DNA of 64,000 nucleotides, taken from Lophium mytilinum (lineage: Eukaryota). The notes below the pieces were generated by a model. The model saw nothing but the letters and a program-made list of their open reading frames with translations, did no database searches and was not told the DNA's origin. Location of the stretch: assembly GCA_010093605.1 (NCBI GenBank), contig MU004183.1, forward strand, positions 124,001 to 188,000, read 5' to 3'. Of the stretch, positions 62,140 through 64,000 are shown piece after piece. Positions within the stretch are counted from its first letter, which is position 1. Every line of letters starts with the position of its first letter. The translations under genes were made by a program, and so were the position numbers.

Positions 62140-62510
62140 TTAAGCACTATCAAAAAGTCAAAGTTCAGCATGTCAAAGTTTGCATTTCGACTCGGTGCTC
62201 CACGGTTTCCCTAGAACCTTCCTTTCTAGGACTCGCACGTGACCTTTGTCAAAGTTCAACATTGTCAAAACGTCGAAGTTCGGCATGTCGAAGTTTGTAG
62301 TTTGACTCCGTGCTCCACGGTTTCCTAGAACCTTCCCTTTTTGGACTTGCACGTGACCTCTGTCAAAGTTCAGCACTGTTAACTGGATTGCCTCTTCGCT
62401 AAATGGCTGCTCAGCAGCCTGACAACCCCCTACAGCGGTGTCGAGTGAGCTAAAGCAGGATGATAGGTGTCAGATTCGTGTGCCTAGACTTATGGGCTAG
62501 TACTATAGAC
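62140..62510. repeat. Family D locus: two ~115-bp direct repeats followed by the block shared with 57520-57670
   Basis: GTCRAAGTTCRGCATGTCRAAGTTTG...GTGCTCCACGGTTTCC..TAGAACCTTCC...GCACGTGACCT at 62157 and 62272, then CCCCCTACAGCGGTGTCGAGTGAGC at ~62426. Confidence 0.85.
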
Positions 62511-62841
62511 TAGTTCACTACGTGCGAGACGGCAAGATGATAGTTAGGCTCAGGAGATACTTGTCACATAAGTAACGAGCAGGAGGCCAATGTGGCATAG
62601 TAGACACAGTGATTCATTGTAACTACCCTATTCCCCTCTGTCCCTCAGAGCAGAGCAGGAGCACATACATGTTTGGTATCAGGCCATGAACCAACACGTC
62701 CTCCTCTAATCTTGGCTAGCTCGCCACCTGAAGTTATCGTAGAACCCAGCACATCCCACCGGTCATTCTCCGAATTCCCCAGAAAACAACAAAAGAGATT
62801 CATTTTACACATCCTCACCGGCCATCCCAGAAGCTAAATCC

Positions 62842-64000
62842 CTAGGGTCTATACTGCTGCGGAGGCGGCGGCTGTTGGTACGGATTATTCGACGCCGCAC
62901 CCCCCTGCCCCGTCATCCGCGGCGCCTGAACCGGCCGCTGCATACTCACCGCAAACGCGTTGTTCTGCGGAACAGGACGCCTCGACGTGCTCGACACCTC
63001 GCTCTGGTAGTCGTCAGACGTAACCGACGGCGACAGCACGGGAGCAGGCGCGTAGTCGTATCGCCCCACCGGCGGCGACTGCTGCTGCGACTGCTGCGGA
63101 GTGATGGGGATCGGGATGGGCGGCATGCCTTGCCTGGGTTGTTGGTAGACCGGGCCCTGCTTGCGCTTTCCCCTACTGCTCTCCTTGCGAAGCAGCCCGC
63201 GGATTTCTTCGAAGTCGGGGTGTTCTGCGCTGGGGCGGCCGAGGGTGCTCACGTCGTCGCGTGCTTCCCACGCATCGTCGCGCGCGTCGGTAGCTCCTGG
63301 ATTGCGGGAGTTCAGATTGCCGGCTGCGCTGTTCTCGGCCGGTGCGGCTGCAGCTGCGAGGTAGTCTGAGCCGCTCGACTTGCCCTTGTCTTGGCTATCG
63401 GGGGACTCTGGTTTCTTGGCCGGGAAAAGGCGCTTGGCATCCTTGTCTTCGTTGTACTTCTCCCGCGCGTGGATAGCTTCCTCGGGAGAGATGGCGACGG
63501 ACCAAGAGGGCTTGCCGTACTCCCCTAGCCCGGCGTCGCTGCCGCCAGGACCGTAGATGGGGACCTTGCGGAGGGCGAGGACGAGGGCGCACATGAACTT
63601 CGATCGGCGGGCAGAGCGCACGACCTCGTTGGCCCAGTTGCTCTTGTGCCTTATCTCGACGCGGAGCTCTAGCTTGTTCATCTCCGCGATGCCGACAACT
63701 TCGACTTCGATCTCGGGCTGGAAGTCGCGGCTGTTTTCTTTGTCGGTGACGAAGGATTGGAGTTCGTTCTTCAGGGCCTTGATGTCCTCGAATGTGGTGT
63801 CGAAGTTGACAAACATGGCAACTTGCTCGCGCATGGCTTTACTACGGCTAACGTTCTCGATCCAGACGCCGTTCAAGGTGATGTTGGGAATTTGAACCAT
63901 CTTGCCGGTGGCGACGCGCTTGAAGACGGTGAAGAGGAGCGAGATGTGCTCGACGGTGAACTGGTCGGTTCCGATGTCGATGCGGTCGCCGATGTCGAAG
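62842..64000 (-). CDS. MscS-family mechanosensitive channel (Msy1/2-like), 5' part outside the window
   Basis: FDIGDRIDI...VEHISLLFTVFKRV...VQIPNITLN..WIENVSRSKAMRE...IRHKSNWANE..R..RRSKFMCALVLALRKVPIYGPGG. Confidence 0.92.
   Translation of the reverse strand, partial: FDIGDRIDIGTDQFTVEHISLLFTVFKRVATGKMVQIPNITLNGVWIENVSRSKAMREQVAMFVNFDTTFEDIKALKNELQSFVTDKENSRDFQPEIEVEVVGIAEMNKLELRVEIRHKSNWANEVVRSARRSKFMCALVLALRKVPIYGPGGSDAGLGEYGKPSWSVAISPEEAIHAREKYNEDKDAKRLFPAKKPESPDSQDKGKSSGSDYLAAAAAPAENSAAGNLNSRNPGATDARDDAWEARDDVSTLGRPSAEHPDFEEIRGLLRKESSRGKRKQGPVYQQPRQGMPPIPIPITPQQSQQQSPPVGRYDYAPAPVLSPSVTSDDYQSEVSSTSRRPVPQNNAFAVSMQRPVQAPRMTGQGGAASNNPYQQPPPPQQYRP

Overview
Intron-containing nuclear DNA from a filamentous ascomycete (Pezizomycotina). 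Introns are GT-AG with CTRAC-type branch points, so the raw ORF track fragments most genes. About 20 protein-coding loci can be reconstructed. Intact housekeeping genes: a Chs4-like SEL1 chitin-synthase activator, ASF1, DUF3245, succinyl-CoA ligase beta, a thiolase, GDT1, a telobox-Myb telomere-repeat-binding protein, ATG22, MED14, U2SURP/SR140 and an MscS channel. Interspersed accessory genes: DUF6604, a NACHT-ankyrin NLR, an amidase remnant, a GH53 galactanase, a CorA-like protein, a HET-domain protein, an Apple/CBM-like secreted protein and a large secreted subtilase. Four of the accessory loci carry inactivating lesions. Most striking: the telomere-binding (LKDKARN telobox) gene has a long first intron containing the only (TTAGGG)n tract I found in the window, which suggests autoregulation. 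Intergenic spacers, mostly between convergent gene ends, hold several families of degenerate tandem or dispersed repeats (about 129, 191, 171 and 115 bp units). There is also a recurrent C-rich to G-rich strand-skew switch that is independent of gene orientation. All gene models and family assignments are by eye and unverified by database search.
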